The notes under the pieces: generated by a model
What the model saw: only the letters and a program-made list of their open reading frames with translations
Told to the model about the DNA's origin: nothing
The model's database searches: none
Translations under genes and position numbers: made by a program
Shown: positions 7,707 to 16,166 of the stretch, one piece after another
Layout of the letters: every line of letters starts with the position of its first letter
How positions within the stretch are numbered: position 1 is the first letter of the stretch
DNA from: a virus
Taxonomy: Duplodnaviria; Caudoviricetes
DNA: 37,640 nucleotides
IMG/VR virus record: IMGVR_UViG_3300038393_001050
Coordinates: 1-37,640 of that record
Strand: one strand, 5' to 3'

Positions 7707-8084
7707 ATGACCGGCCTCCACTACCCCGACAACCTGTACGCCGACCACGAGGAACGGAAGGCGCGGCGTTCGCAGCAGCCGACGGGCGCGTATCGGTCTA
7801 CTGAACCAGAAATGCCGGAGTCCGAGCGCAAGCTGCGAACGGCACTGGCGTATGTGTGCCATGCGCGGGATCTGATCCGCGATGTGCTGGGCGACAACGA
7901 TCCCAAGGCACAGCGTGACGCGAAGATCGCCTATGACATGGCGAGCGATAGTCCCGTTCCCGAGCGCATCCCTAAGTGGGACCCAAAATGGGCAGAGTCA
8001 TGCCCACAACGGGCACACCCGATGAACGCCGAAGTAATCCGTGACCACGATGAGCGGTTGGCGGGTGGGGAGGATCGGCTGTGA
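7707..8084 (+). CDS. Hypothetical protein
   Basis: ORF in the rightward operon, coupled to the next gene. Confidence 0.6.
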   Translation: MTGLHYPDNLYADHEERKARRSQQPTGAYRSTEPEMPESERKLRTALAYVCHARDLIRDVLGDNDPKAQRDAKIAYDMASDSPVPERIPKWDPKWAESCPQRAHPMNAEVIRDHDERLAGGEDRL

Positions 8085-8206
8085 GTCGCGAGTACAGCCA
8101 TGCCAGCGTAGGCGACTTCGCCTTTTGGGCTTTCATCGTTCTCAAGCTCGCCGGGGTTCTTACCTGCTCCTGGTGGTGGCTGCTGCTGATTGTGGTGTTG
8201 GCATGA
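8081..8206 (+). CDS. Small membrane protein, 41 aa (AFIVLKLAGVLTCSWWWLLL)
   Basis: Not in the ORF track; GGAGG RBS; GTGA/ATGA coupling; LKLxGxxxxSWWW motif common in phage membrane proteins. Confidence 0.7.
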   Translation: MSREYSHASVGDFAFWAFIVLKLAGVLTCSWWWLLLIVVLA

Positions 8207-8940
8207 AGATACTCATGCTCGACATCGAGACAGCACCACACAAGGTCTATGCCTGGGGCTTGTTCGACCAGCGCATTGCCACGAATCAGATCGTGGAGCC
8301 GGGTTACACCCTCTGCTACGCGGCCAAATGGTTCGGCGAGCGCGAAATGCTGTTTGACTCGGTGCAGAAGTCGAAGCCGGACAAAATGCTGCGCGGCGTC
8401 CACAAGTTGCTGGATGAGGCCGACGCGGTATGTCACTACAACGGGCTGTCCTTCGACATTCCTGTGTTGACCGGCGAGTTCATGTTCGCGCACATGAAGC
8501 CGCCTGCACCGTTCCGGCAGATCGACCTACTGCGGACGATGCGTAAGGCGAAGATCGCCAGCCGAAAGCTTGATTACGTCGCCCAGCGCATGGGTCTAGG
8601 CCGCAAGACCGAGCACAAGGGCATGCCGCTATGGACCGCCTGCATGAACGGCGACCCTGCTGCGTGGAAGCTGATGGAAAAGTACAACCGGCAGGACGTG
8701 AAGCTGCTGGAGGACCTCTATACGCACATCCTGCCGTGGATTCCGAACCACCCCAACCGCAACAACTACGGCGAACACCACGTCTGCCCGAAGTGCGGTG
8801 GGGAGAAGCACCAGCGCCGTGGCTACGCGGTCACGACCACGAGGCGATACGCGCGCATGCAATGCCGCGATTGCGGAACGTGGTTCCGTTCGACGTATTG
8901 CGAGCCGGGCAGGGCGCAGTTCGTGGAGGCGGCTGCATGA
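8203..8940 (+). CDS. DnaQ/RNase H-like 3'-5' exonuclease (DEDDy) with C-terminal Zn ribbon
   Basis: LDIET, HYNGLSFD, YNRQD; CPKC...CRDC; start at 8203. Confidence 0.85.
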   Translation: MKILMLDIETAPHKVYAWGLFDQRIATNQIVEPGYTLCYAAKWFGEREMLFDSVQKSKPDKMLRGVHKLLDEADAVCHYNGLSFDIPVLTGEFMFAHMKPPAPFRQIDLLRTMRKAKIASRKLDYVAQRMGLGRKTEHKGMPLWTACMNGDPAAWKLMEKYNRQDVKLLEDLYTHILPWIPNHPNRNNYGEHHVCPKCGGEKHQRRGYAVTTTRRYARMQCRDCGTWFRSTYCEPGRAQFVEAAA

Positions 8941-9164
8941 AAGAGAAGCGCGTATTCCTTGAGTCACTAAAACATAGTGACTCCTTCATTCGTGTCTCTA
9001 TCGAGGATGACACGGGCTCCTTGGACCTTAAGCTGACTGATTGTGACCGTCGCATTTGGTGGTACTTCGGCAAGCCGGGCGACAAGCGCGCAATCCGAAA
9101 GATCAAAGTGGTGAAGGCGATCATTGACGAGGTGCACGACTACCTGACCAAGGGGAAGGCATGA
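8937..9164 (+). CDS. Hypothetical protein (MKEKRVFLESLKHSD...)
   Basis: ATGA-coupled at both ends. Confidence 0.65.
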   Translation: MKEKRVFLESLKHSDSFIRVSIEDDTGSLDLKLTDCDRRIWWYFGKPGDKRAIRKIKVVKAIIDEVHDYLTKGKA

Positions 9165-9658
9165 CCACCGCCACCATCCCCCAGGCCGTAGGCGATTGGA
9201 ATACCAAGGGCTTCGACGTCGACACGCTGTTGGTGTTGCCGATCCACCGGCAACTGATAGACGCTGACCGGCTGGCCCGCTTCGACTTCAACAACGGATT
9301 CCCGAATTGGGAGCTGTTCCGCACGGTGTACTGTGGAGACAACATCTACCTGCCGAAGCTCAAACAGTGGGTGCATGAGTTCGCCATCGCGCACTGTCTA
9401 GAGGGCGGCATCAAGCGCCAGGTCTATACGCCCACGCTGGCCGGCGTGGCAGGGCTGGATGCCCTGTACCTGCTGATCTACATGGAGCCGCTATTGCCGC
9501 ATACGGTGGCCGCTAAAGACCTCGGCGTGAAGCCGGAAACCTATAAGCGGCTGCGAGATGCGATCCGGGACAGATTGAGCGTGAGTGTTAACACGTACCT
9601 GCTGCACCTTGGGGCCGCGTATCGGCAAGTTTTAATTTCTGAACGGAAATGGAAATAA
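9161..9658 (+). CDS. Putative late-gene regulator (Q-like antiterminator)
   Basis: Last gene before the late leader; C-terminal HTH VAAKDLGVKPETYKRL. Confidence 0.5.
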   Translation: MTTATIPQAVGDWNTKGFDVDTLLVLPIHRQLIDADRLARFDFNNGFPNWELFRTVYCGDNIYLPKLKQWVHEFAIAHCLEGGIKRQVYTPTLAGVAGLDALYLLIYMEPLLPHTVAAKDLGVKPETYKRLRDAIRDRLSVSVNTYLLHLGAAYRQVLISERKWK

Positions 9659-9677
9659 GCGTTACTGGATGTAAGTT
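9649..9677 (+). promoter_or_regulatory. Possible late promoter PR'
   Basis: ATGGAA-17bp-TAAGTT placing the start about 9684-9686, at the base of the first hairpin; weak consensus. Confidence 0.35.
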
Positions 9678-9684
9678 TGAACCT

Positions 9685-10003
9685 TGGGCGAAAAGTGGCA
9701 AGTCCACCGCCCATGCCCTCAATCGACCGGGGGCACCTGTTTTGGGGACTGCACGTAATCACGACTGCGACCAGCTATCGCAGTGACCTCCGGAGCCCGG
9801 TTACCTGGCGTAAGGTCGAAACCGGACGTGCAGAAGGGCTAGGCCAGCCCGTTTCCCCAAGCTTTTCGCGTACAGCGCCACCATGTTCAGCCCGCAAGGG
9901 GTCAGGCGGAGTGCCGAGGCGCAACAAGAGTCGGTGCGGGCTGAGCCTCCCGAAAGAGCGCCAATACAAGCATCTACACGCACGCCGGATAATCGTAACC
10001 GGC
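9685..10003 (+). ncRNA. Candidate structured RNA / late leader
   Basis: About ten complementary stem pairs, including nested multibranch stems TTGGGGA/TCCCCAA and CTGCACGT/ACGTGCAG; no convincing ORF. Confidence 0.6.
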
Positions 10004-10024
10004 TTCTATTCCATGAGCCCCGCC

Positions 10025-10105
10025 ATGCTCCTAGCCCGCCTAATCTGGCTGCTGGTGATGCTGGCGTGCCTCTACTGTCCGTTTACGGGTGAGCCTGATG
10101 AGTGA
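10025..10105 (+). CDS. Small hydrophobic peptide, 26 aa (MLLARLIWLLVMLACLYCPFTGEPDE)
   Basis: Hydrophobic N-half; overlaps the next small ORF; RBS weak. Confidence 0.35.
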   Translation: MLLARLIWLLVMLACLYCPFTGEPDE

Positions 10106-10190
10106 CAAGACTGGTTTTTGCAGGGGCACCACGGACTGCATCGACCGCGATGGAATCATCCACGACGGCAGCGAGACCAAGGGCGGCTAA
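10098..10190 (+). CDS. Possible 30-aa peptide (MSDKTGFCRG...KGG)
   Basis: GGTGAG upstream; fills the gap to the next gene. Confidence 0.35.
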   Translation: MSDKTGFCRGTTDCIDRDGIIHDGSETKGG

Positions 10191-10192
10191 CC

Positions 10193-10489
10193 GTGTCTGA
10201 CGACGATCTGCCCGAAGTCCAGTGCCAAGTAGACACGGACAGCGACGACACACTAGCCGACTGGCACGAGTACTCAGGCGCGGGCAGCACGCTAAGCGGT
10301 CATATCGTCTTTCCCTTCGGCATCGAGGCATTTGCAAACGAAGTGGGCGCCATCGCCATTCGCATTCCTGACAAGGGCGGCGAAATCGAGATCCTGACAG
10401 AGTTGGGCAAGCCTCGGCGCCAGGTAGACAAGGCCACGGGCGACGGCAAGGTCGCAACCATCAAGCCGGCCCCGCGCCGCACTGACTGA
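10193..10489 (+). CDS. Acidic hypothetical protein
   Basis: GTG start (MSDDDLPEV) two bases after the upstream stop. Confidence 0.6.
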   Translation: MSDDDLPEVQCQVDTDSDDTLADWHEYSGAGSTLSGHIVFPFGIEAFANEVGAIAIRIPDKGGEIEILTELGKPRRQVDKATGDGKVATIKPAPRRTD

Positions 10490-10500
10490 CGCGAGGCAAC

Positions 10501-10734
10501 ATGAATTCGTCCGACCTGATCGCGCTGGCTGCGGTGGCCATCCCCACCGTGGGCGGCATCATCGCTTGGCTGTGGCGTCATTCGACCCGGCTGACTGGCG
10601 CGGAGATCCGCATCGAGGGGCTGACGGCCAATGCCGAGGCTGATCGCCGTCGCAGCGATGCGGTGTACCAGGACATCCGGGCCACGCTGGTGCGGATCGA
10701 GGAAAAGCTTGATCGGAAAGCGGATAGGCCGTGA
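10501..10734 (+). CDS. Putative holin/antiholin (one TM plus coiled coil)
   Basis: N-terminal TM, ends LVRIEEKLDRK; coupled to the endolysin. Confidence 0.65.
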   Translation: MNSSDLIALAAVAIPTVGGIIAWLWRHSTRLTGAEIRIEGLTANAEADRRRSDAVYQDIRATLVRIEEKLDRKADRP

Positions 10735-11162
10735 GCCCTAGCGAAGCCTGTATTGCACTGGTCAAGGCCTCCGAAGGCTGCCAGCTAAACGCCTACCGCT
10801 GCCCGGCTGATGTGTGGACGATTGGCTACGGCCATACCAAAGGCGTGCGCCAGGGCCAGACGATCACGCAGGACGAGGCTGACGCGCTGCTGCATGAGGA
10901 TCTGGATGACGCCGCAGCCCAAGTGCGCGGCATGGTCACTGTTCCGTTGACGCAGGGCCAGTTCGACGCCTTGTGCGACTTCGTATTCAACCTGGGTGCT
11001 GGACGGCTGCGCGATTCCACGCTGCTGCGGCTGCTCAATCAGCGCCGATACGACGAAGCGGCGGCGCAGTTCAAGTTCTGGGTGATGTCCGGCGGCAAAG
11101 CGCTGCCCGGGCTGGTCACACGCCGCGCTGCTGAGCGCGCATTGTTCGAGGCAACCCCATGA
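10731..11162 (+). CDS. Endolysin, GH24 phage lysozyme
   Basis: EG...AYRCPADVWTIGYGHT; QGQFDALCDFVFNLG; LPGLVTRRAAERALF. Confidence 0.96.
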   Translation: MSPSEACIALVKASEGCQLNAYRCPADVWTIGYGHTKGVRQGQTITQDEADALLHEDLDDAAAQVRGMVTVPLTQGQFDALCDFVFNLGAGRLRDSTLLRLLNQRRYDEAAAQFKFWVMSGGKALPGLVTRRAAERALFEATP

Positions 11163-11569
11163 GCATTACTGGTATCGGCGAAATCGCCAACGCGGTCGGC
11201 GGCATCGTCAACAAGTTCCTGCCCGACAAGTCGCAGGAAGAAAAGGACGCGCTGACCCGCGAGCTGGCACAGCTTCAGTTCGATCAGGCTGTCATCCAGT
11301 CGCAGACGGACACCAATAAGGCTGAGGCGGGCAATGCGTCCGTGTTCGTGGCCGGCTGGCGTCCGTTCGTGGGCTGGGTGTGTGGCGCGGCGTTCGCCTG
11401 GACGTTCGTCGCCGGCCCGATGGTGAGCTATGCCGCCAAGCTGCTGGGTGCGCACGTAGACCTGCCTGCGCTGGATCTGTCCCAGCTCTCCCCCGTGCTG
11501 ATGGGCATGCTGGGCCTGGGCGCCATGCGGACGGTCGAGAAGGTCAACGGGATTAAGGCTGGGCACTGA
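11159..11569 (+). CDS. Holin, GTA 3TM-holin-like family
   Basis: NKAEA...FVAGWRPFVGWVCG...MLGLGAMRTVEK. Confidence 0.85.
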   Translation: MSITGIGEIANAVGGIVNKFLPDKSQEEKDALTRELAQLQFDQAVIQSQTDTNKAEAGNASVFVAGWRPFVGWVCGAAFAWTFVAGPMVSYAAKLLGAHVDLPALDLSQLSPVLMGMLGLGAMRTVEKVNGIKAGH

Positions 11570-11571
11570 GC

Positions 11572-11742
11572 ATGAGCGGCAAAGGCTCCGCGCCGCGCCC
11601 CTTTGCCGTCGACGCGCAGACCTTTGCCAGCAATTGGGACCGCATTTTCGGCAAGGCCAAAGAGTTCAAGGTGACGGTGCCTGACCCGCTGCCTACCCAA
11701 GAAGAATCCGAGCCTAGCGACGCCGCAGGCAACCAACCGTAG
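11572..11742 (+). CDS. Small phage protein, 56 aa (MSGKGSAPRPF...FASNWDRIFGK)
   Basis: Not in the ORF track; GKGSxPRP...NWDRIF motif recognisable from other phages. Confidence 0.75.
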   Translation: MSGKGSAPRPFAVDAQTFASNWDRIFGKAKEFKVTVPDPLPTQEESEPSDAAGNQP

Positions 11743-11758
11743 AACCCAAGGATTACCC

Positions 11759-11944
11759 ATGAGCAACCTCATCGCCCGCGCTGAGGCGGCTATCGCTGCC
11801 TGGAAGTCTGGCGCCATCACTCATTCGCTGCATGTCGAGCTGGCTGATCTGGTGCAGGCGTTCCACGCCGCACACACCGCCGAGCCGCAGGACACCGCAC
11901 CCGTAACCGTGTCGCTTCCTCCCAAGGAATCCGATCCCGCGTAA
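11759..11944 (+). CDS. Hypothetical protein
   Basis: AAGGA RBS; lies in the late operon. Confidence 0.6.
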   Translation: MSNLIARAEAAIAAWKSGAITHSLHVELADLVQAFHAAHTAEPQDTAPVTVSLPPKESDPA

Positions 11945-11983
11945 CCGACCACTCGTCGGACATCTACCCGCTAGGGCGATGAC

Positions 11984-12262
11984 ATGACAGACCGAAAAGA
12001 ACGGACCAATTCGGGGCGCTTTGCCAAGGGCAACCCCGGCAAGCCAAAGGGTGCGCAGTCGCATCTGACCAAGACGGCCAAGGAGGCGTTCCAGTTCGCC
12101 TTCGACAAGATCGGCGGGGCTGAGAACCTCGCCATCTGGGCGACTGAGAACACCACGGAGTTCTACAAGCTGTTTGCCCGCCTAATCCCCGTTGAGCAGC
12201 AGATCAGCGGCAAGGATGGCAAGGAGCTCAACTTCACCCTGTTCGTGCCGTCCAAGGCATGA
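11984..12262 (+). CDS. terS: Terminase small subunit
   Basis: GRFAKGNPGKPKG...FYKLFARLIP; coupled to terL. Confidence 0.8.
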   Translation: MTDRKERTNSGRFAKGNPGKPKGAQSHLTKTAKEAFQFAFDKIGGAENLAIWATENTTEFYKLFARLIPVEQQISGKDGKELNFTLFVPSKA

Positions 12263-13575
12263 ACGAGTGGCGGCCGAGCGAAAAACAGACGGAGTTCTTG
12301 GCTGCCCCTGAAGATGAGGTTCTGTACGGCGGCGCGGCCGGTGGCGGCAAGTCCGCTGCCATGCTGGTGGATGCGCTAGGGCTGCAGCAGAACGCGCCCA
12401 ACATCCCGAGCTATCGGGCGCTGATCATCCGCCAGACGATGCCGCAGTTGCGCGAGCTGATCGACCGCTCCCGCGTGCTGTATCCGAGGGTGATACCTGG
12501 GGCCGAGTTCTTCGAGCAGCCCAAGGAGTGGCGGTTCCCGTCCGGCGCCAAGGTGATTTTTGGTAGCTGCGAGCGGGATGCCGATGTCCTGCAGTACCAG
12601 GGCCAGGAATACCAGTGGATCGGTGTTGACGAGCTGGGCCAGTACCGCACGCCGTATGTGTGGAACTACCTCAGCTCACGCCTGCGAACGTCGCACCCGG
12701 ATCTCAAGTGCTACATGCGGGCGACCTGCAATCCGGGCCCGAAGTGGATACGCGAGCGCTGGGGTTTCTCGCCAGCAGGTGAGCCATCGCGTCAGGCGCT
12801 TGAGGTCAAGCTCGAAAGCGGCGCGGTGGTGAGCAAGACGCTGCGGTTCATCCCGGCGCGTCTGCACGACAATCCGCACTTGGGCGCTGACTACGAGGCC
12901 AACCTGCAGCGGCTGCCGGAGGCTGAGCGCGCAGCCCTGATGCAAGGCCGGTGGGACGTGATCGACGTTCCTGGCGCGATCTACGGCGACCTGCTCAAGG
13001 TGGCGCGGGATGAGGGGCGTGTCTGCGGCGTGCCGTATGACGCTCACTCGCCGGTCCACACGTATTGGGACATCGGCATCAGCGACGCGACGTCGATCTG
13101 GTTCTGCCAGCGGGTGGGTCGTGAGTGGCACATCATTGACTACTACGAGCGGCGCAATGCGTCGGCTGCGGAACATGCCGCAGTGCTCAAGGCCAAGCCC
13201 TACGTGTACGGCTACCACTGGCTGCCGCATGACGCCGAGGCCCGCGAGAAGGGCACGGGCAAGACCTACCGGGAAATCCTCGCCTCGCACAGCATCCGGG
13301 CGCGCATCACGCCGTCGATCAGCCTGGAAGAAGGCATCGCTGCGCTGCGCATGATGTTCAACCAGCTTTGGTTCGACGCCAAGCGCTGCGAGGAAGGCAT
13401 CAACGCCCTGCAGTACTACCGCCGCGACTGGAAAGACCGCGCAGGCGAGTTCACCGCACCTGTCCACGACTGGGCATCCCACCCGGCTGACGCGCTTCGC
13501 TACTTCGCGGTGGCGAGCAGCAAGGCCGAGCGCAAGTGGGCCGACATCCAACAACCTCAAATGGCGATCGTATGA
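12259..13575 (+). CDS. terL: Terminase large subunit
   Basis: Walker A GGAAGGGKS, Walker B WIGVDE, ATCNPG, nuclease YWDIG and HPADALRY. Confidence 0.97.
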   Translation: MNEWRPSEKQTEFLAAPEDEVLYGGAAGGGKSAAMLVDALGLQQNAPNIPSYRALIIRQTMPQLRELIDRSRVLYPRVIPGAEFFEQPKEWRFPSGAKVIFGSCERDADVLQYQGQEYQWIGVDELGQYRTPYVWNYLSSRLRTSHPDLKCYMRATCNPGPKWIRERWGFSPAGEPSRQALEVKLESGAVVSKTLRFIPARLHDNPHLGADYEANLQRLPEAERAALMQGRWDVIDVPGAIYGDLLKVARDEGRVCGVPYDAHSPVHTYWDIGISDATSIWFCQRVGREWHIIDYYERRNASAAEHAAVLKAKPYVYGYHWLPHDAEAREKGTGKTYREILASHSIRARITPSISLEEGIAALRMMFNQLWFDAKRCEEGINALQYYRRDWKDRAGEFTAPVHDWASHPADALRYFAVASSKAERKWADIQQPQMAIV

Positions 13576-13709
13576 GTATCCGAATGCAGGTGGAGCTGGA
13601 CGAGCTGCGCCAGAAGGTTGCCGAGCTGACGGCCCGCGTTGAAGTGCTGGAGCGCAAGACGCTGCCACGCAAGGAGCGTGAGAAGCCCGAGGCGCCGACG
13701 CATGGCTAA
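13572..13709 (+). CDS. Small coiled-coil protein, 45 aa (MSIRMQVELDELRQKVAEL...)
   Basis: Not in the ORF track; overlaps the terL stop and the portal start. Confidence 0.65.
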   Translation: MSIRMQVELDELRQKVAELTARVEVLERKTLPRKEREKPEAPTHG

Positions 13710-15882
13710 GACCATGGACGAGCGCGACCTGCTTGCGCTGGTCAACGCCCACGAAAAGGCGGCGATGGGCTCAAGCAATGGCGCAGCCAACATCGCCACC
13801 AGCGGCACCACGACGCAGTACGGATCGGTGGATGTCGAGCGCGCCCAAGCGCTGGACTACTACCACGGCCGCCCGTTGGGCAATGAGGTCGCCGGGCGCT
13901 CGCAGGTCGTCAGCCAGGAAGTGCGCGACACCGTCGAATGGATCAAGCCGCAGCTCATGCGGATGTTCGTTGGCTCCAAGGAGATGGTGCGGTTCGAGCC
14001 CGAAGGCCCGGATGACGAGGCCGAGGCGCAGCAGGCGACCGATGTAGTCGATTACCTGCTCATGCGCCGAAACCCGGGCGTGCTGATCCTGCACGACTTC
14101 ATTACCGACGCGCTGATCCTCAAGAACGGGTATGTCAAGGTTTGGTTCGAGGAAGTCGAGCGCGACCGCTACGAAACCTACACCGGGTTGGATGAGGGCA
14201 CGCTCGCCTACGTCATCCAGCAGATCGAGGCGTCTGGCGACAAGGCCGATATCGCGGCCAAGCACGAAGTGCAGGGAATGCAGCCGATGCCCGATGGCTC
14301 CATGCAGCCGGTCATGACCTACGACGTGCGCATCCGCCGCACCAGCAAATCCAACGAATACCGGGTCGAGTGCATTCCCACCGAGGACATGCGCATCAGC
14401 CCGCTGACCACGCATGACCTGCAGGACTCGCCGTTCGTCGGTCATGTGGTGCGCAAGACGCGCAGCGAATGGAAGGAGCTGGGCTACGACGTAGCGGCCG
14501 AGCCGGCCAACAAGTCCGCTCGCATCGACATCCAGTCCATTGCCCGTTCGGACACCGTGGACGAGCTTGGCACGGACGACCCAGGCTCCGATGCCTCGAT
14601 GGAGGTTATCGAGGGCATTGAGTGCTACATGCGCGTGGACTACGACGGCGACGGCATTGCCGAGCTTCGTAAAATCCTCAAGGCGCCGGGCAAGATCATC
14701 TCGCACGAGCCCATCGAGGAAGTGCCGATTGCCCATTGCGTGCCGATCCGCATGCCGCACCGTCACCTCGGCATCAGCATCTTCGACCTGCTCAAGGACG
14801 TGCAGGACATTAAGACCACGCTGATCCGGCAGACGCTTGACAATGTCTATGCCATCAACAATGGGCGGCTGGTTGTTAACGAGGACACGGTCAACCTCGA
14901 AGACCTGAGTGTTTCTCGGGCAGGCGGCTACATCAGAACTAGAGGCGTTCCGGCGACCGATGTCACCGCGTTGCCTACGCCATCCGTGGTGGGCGAGCTG
15001 CTCCCCGTCATCGACTACATGGACTCCATGAAGTCACAACGCACGGGCATCAGTGCGACGACGCAGGGATTGGACCCCGATACGCTGCAGATGACCACGG
15101 CCAAGGCGTACACCAACGCCATGACAGCCGCGACGGCGAAGGTCGAGCTGATGGCTCGCATCATGGCCGAAGGCGTCAAGCAGATCGCGTTGCTGCTCCA
15201 CGGGCTGATCGTTCGGCACCAGGACAAGCCGATGACGATGAAGCTGCGCAATCAGTGGGTGCAGGTGGACCCGTCGAGCTGGCGTCGGCGCTATGCCGTA
15301 AGCGTGAACGTGGGCCTTGGCACCGGCTCGCAGGATGAGAAGCGCGGCAACCTGATGCTCATGGGCCAGATGCAGCAGGGCGCGGCCCAGGCCGGCATCG
15401 TGCTGCCGGAGAACGTCTACAACCTCGCCGCGGAGATGGCGCAGGTGCTGGGCTTCAGCACACCGGGCAAGTACTTCACCGACCCATCCTCGCCGCAGTT
15501 CCAGCAGATGCAGGCGCAGAAGCAGCAGCAAGGCCCTGACCCGAAGGTGCAGGCCGCGCAGATCACCGCGCAGGCCAATGTGCAACGTGCGCAGATTCAG
15601 GCGCAAGGCGACCTGCAGCAGATCCAGGCGCAGCAACAGATGCATACGCAAGAGCTGATGATGAAGGCGCAGATCGAGAAGCAGCGCGCCGATGCCGCCT
15701 TTGCAAAGGTTCAAGCCGAGAGCAGCGCCCAGGCCGTCAACAGCTACATGCAGGCCCGCCAGAAGCACGACGAGGCCGTGATGAACCTCATCACAGCCAT
15801 GGCGACCAACGAATCAAACGAGCGGCAGGGCTTCATCAAGTCCCTGTCCGCCACTTCGCAGCAGGTGCCGCATGGACAGTGA
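13702..15882 (+). CDS. Portal protein with Gln-rich C-terminal barrel
   Basis: ALDYYHG...GRSQVVSQEVRDTVEWIKP, DYDGDGIAE, VNVGLGTG; start MAKTMD at 13702. Confidence 0.93.
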   Translation: MAKTMDERDLLALVNAHEKAAMGSSNGAANIATSGTTTQYGSVDVERAQALDYYHGRPLGNEVAGRSQVVSQEVRDTVEWIKPQLMRMFVGSKEMVRFEPEGPDDEAEAQQATDVVDYLLMRRNPGVLILHDFITDALILKNGYVKVWFEEVERDRYETYTGLDEGTLAYVIQQIEASGDKADIAAKHEVQGMQPMPDGSMQPVMTYDVRIRRTSKSNEYRVECIPTEDMRISPLTTHDLQDSPFVGHVVRKTRSEWKELGYDVAAEPANKSARIDIQSIARSDTVDELGTDDPGSDASMEVIEGIECYMRVDYDGDGIAELRKILKAPGKIISHEPIEEVPIAHCVPIRMPHRHLGISIFDLLKDVQDIKTTLIRQTLDNVYAINNGRLVVNEDTVNLEDLSVSRAGGYIRTRGVPATDVTALPTPSVVGELLPVIDYMDSMKSQRTGISATTQGLDPDTLQMTTAKAYTNAMTAATAKVELMARIMAEGVKQIALLLHGLIVRHQDKPMTMKLRNQWVQVDPSSWRRRYAVSVNVGLGTGSQDEKRGNLMLMGQMQQGAAQAGIVLPENVYNLAAEMAQVLGFSTPGKYFTDPSSPQFQQMQAQKQQQGPDPKVQAAQITAQANVQRAQIQAQGDLQQIQAQQQMHTQELMMKAQIEKQRADAAFAKVQAESSAQAVNSYMQARQKHDEAVMNLITAMATNESNERQGFIKSLSATSQQVPHGQ

Positions 15883-16150
15883 CGAGGCGATCCGTCGTGC
15901 CGATTTCGCGCGACAGGTGACCGATAACCCCGTGTTCAAGGAAGCCCTTGACGCGCTTGACGAAAGCCTGCGCCGGCAGCGCCTGGCCGTGAAGCCCACG
16001 GATACCGATGGGCATACCAAGTTGATCTTGGCCGAACAGATCCTCGGCCAGTTCCGCGCCTACCTCAAGCGCGCCATTACCGATGGCGAGGTCGCGCAGT
16101 TGGAGCTGGTGCGAGGCAAAACCCTCATTGACCGCGTGTTCGCGCGCTAA
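15872..16150 (+). CDS. Small head-module protein
   Basis: Between portal and scaffold; RRADFARQVTDNPVFKEA. Confidence 0.75.
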   Translation: MDSDEAIRRADFARQVTDNPVFKEALDALDESLRRQRLAVKPTDTDGHTKLILAEQILGQFRAYLKRAITDGEVAQLELVRGKTLIDRVFAR

Positions 16151-16166
16151 CCCCACGAGAGAACCC

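Noticed and set aside
533-8940. Many proteins ending in -AA (ssrA-like ClpXP degrons)
   Set aside because: Mostly explained by GC-rich RBS and ATGA overlap constraints at coupled gene junctions; cannot be separated from that without data
9797-9830. Hammerhead ribozyme (stem followed by CGAAAC)
   Set aside because: No CUGANGA core 5' of the stem
9677-10105. 142-aa ORF across the structured region
   Set aside because: TTG start with no RBS and an uninformative composition; base-pairing explains the region better, and only the last 26 codons look plausible
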